From Octopus vulgaris (taxonomy: Eukaryota): DNA of 64,000 bases. Under the pieces are notes generated by a model that was not told where the DNA came from, made no database searches, and worked only from the letters and a program-made list of their open reading frames with translations. The DNA lies in assembly GCA_951406725.2 (NCBI GenBank), contig OX597816.1, forward strand, positions 90,334,001 through 90,398,000, in the 5' to 3' direction. The position numbers and the translations under genes were made by a program. This document shows positions 63,901 to 64,000 of the stretch, in pieces. Numbering within the stretch: position 1 is the first letter of the stretch; each line of letters begins with the position of its first letter.

Positions 63901-64000
63901 GTAAGTAAAATATTTTTCATATATCAATTTCTATTAGAATATTGTATTGGTTATATACTAATTATAAATCACGATAAATGTTAACATACCTAAAAACTAA

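Overview
AT-rich, intron-rich eukaryotic (animal) DNA. The repeat content ((TA)n/(CA)n tracts, tRNA-derived SINEs, RTE tails ending in (GAT)n) looks like an octopus/cephalopod genome; the species call is inference. Two head-to-head host genes were reconstructed by hand from GT-AG exons. Adenylate kinase 2 (AK2) is complete on the minus strand: 5 coding exons, 23716->920, 246 aa. A peroxisomal acyl-CoA oxidase 1-like gene (ACOX1) is on the plus strand: exons 1-8, 37322->63900, continuing past the window. Introns and the 13.6-kb intergenic spacer are packed with mobile DNA: a decayed piggyBac, TTAA-MITEs, a 5'-truncated RTE LINE with a 10-bp TSD, a young 1.96-kb LTR element with an in-frame Gag-integrase fusion (no PR/RT/RH), non-autonomous Helitrons, a CRE-clade RLE retrotransposon with an N-terminal PHD finger, a Tigger4/Zombi-like pogo, a deleted Helitron RepHel, PHD-containing RTE fragments and a Gypsy pol remnant. 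The most notable items are the Gag-IN mini-LTR element, the PHD-CRE element just upstream of ACOX1, a 5' U2 snRNA fragment, long intronic inverted repeats and a 427-bp duplication flanking ACOX1 exon 7.
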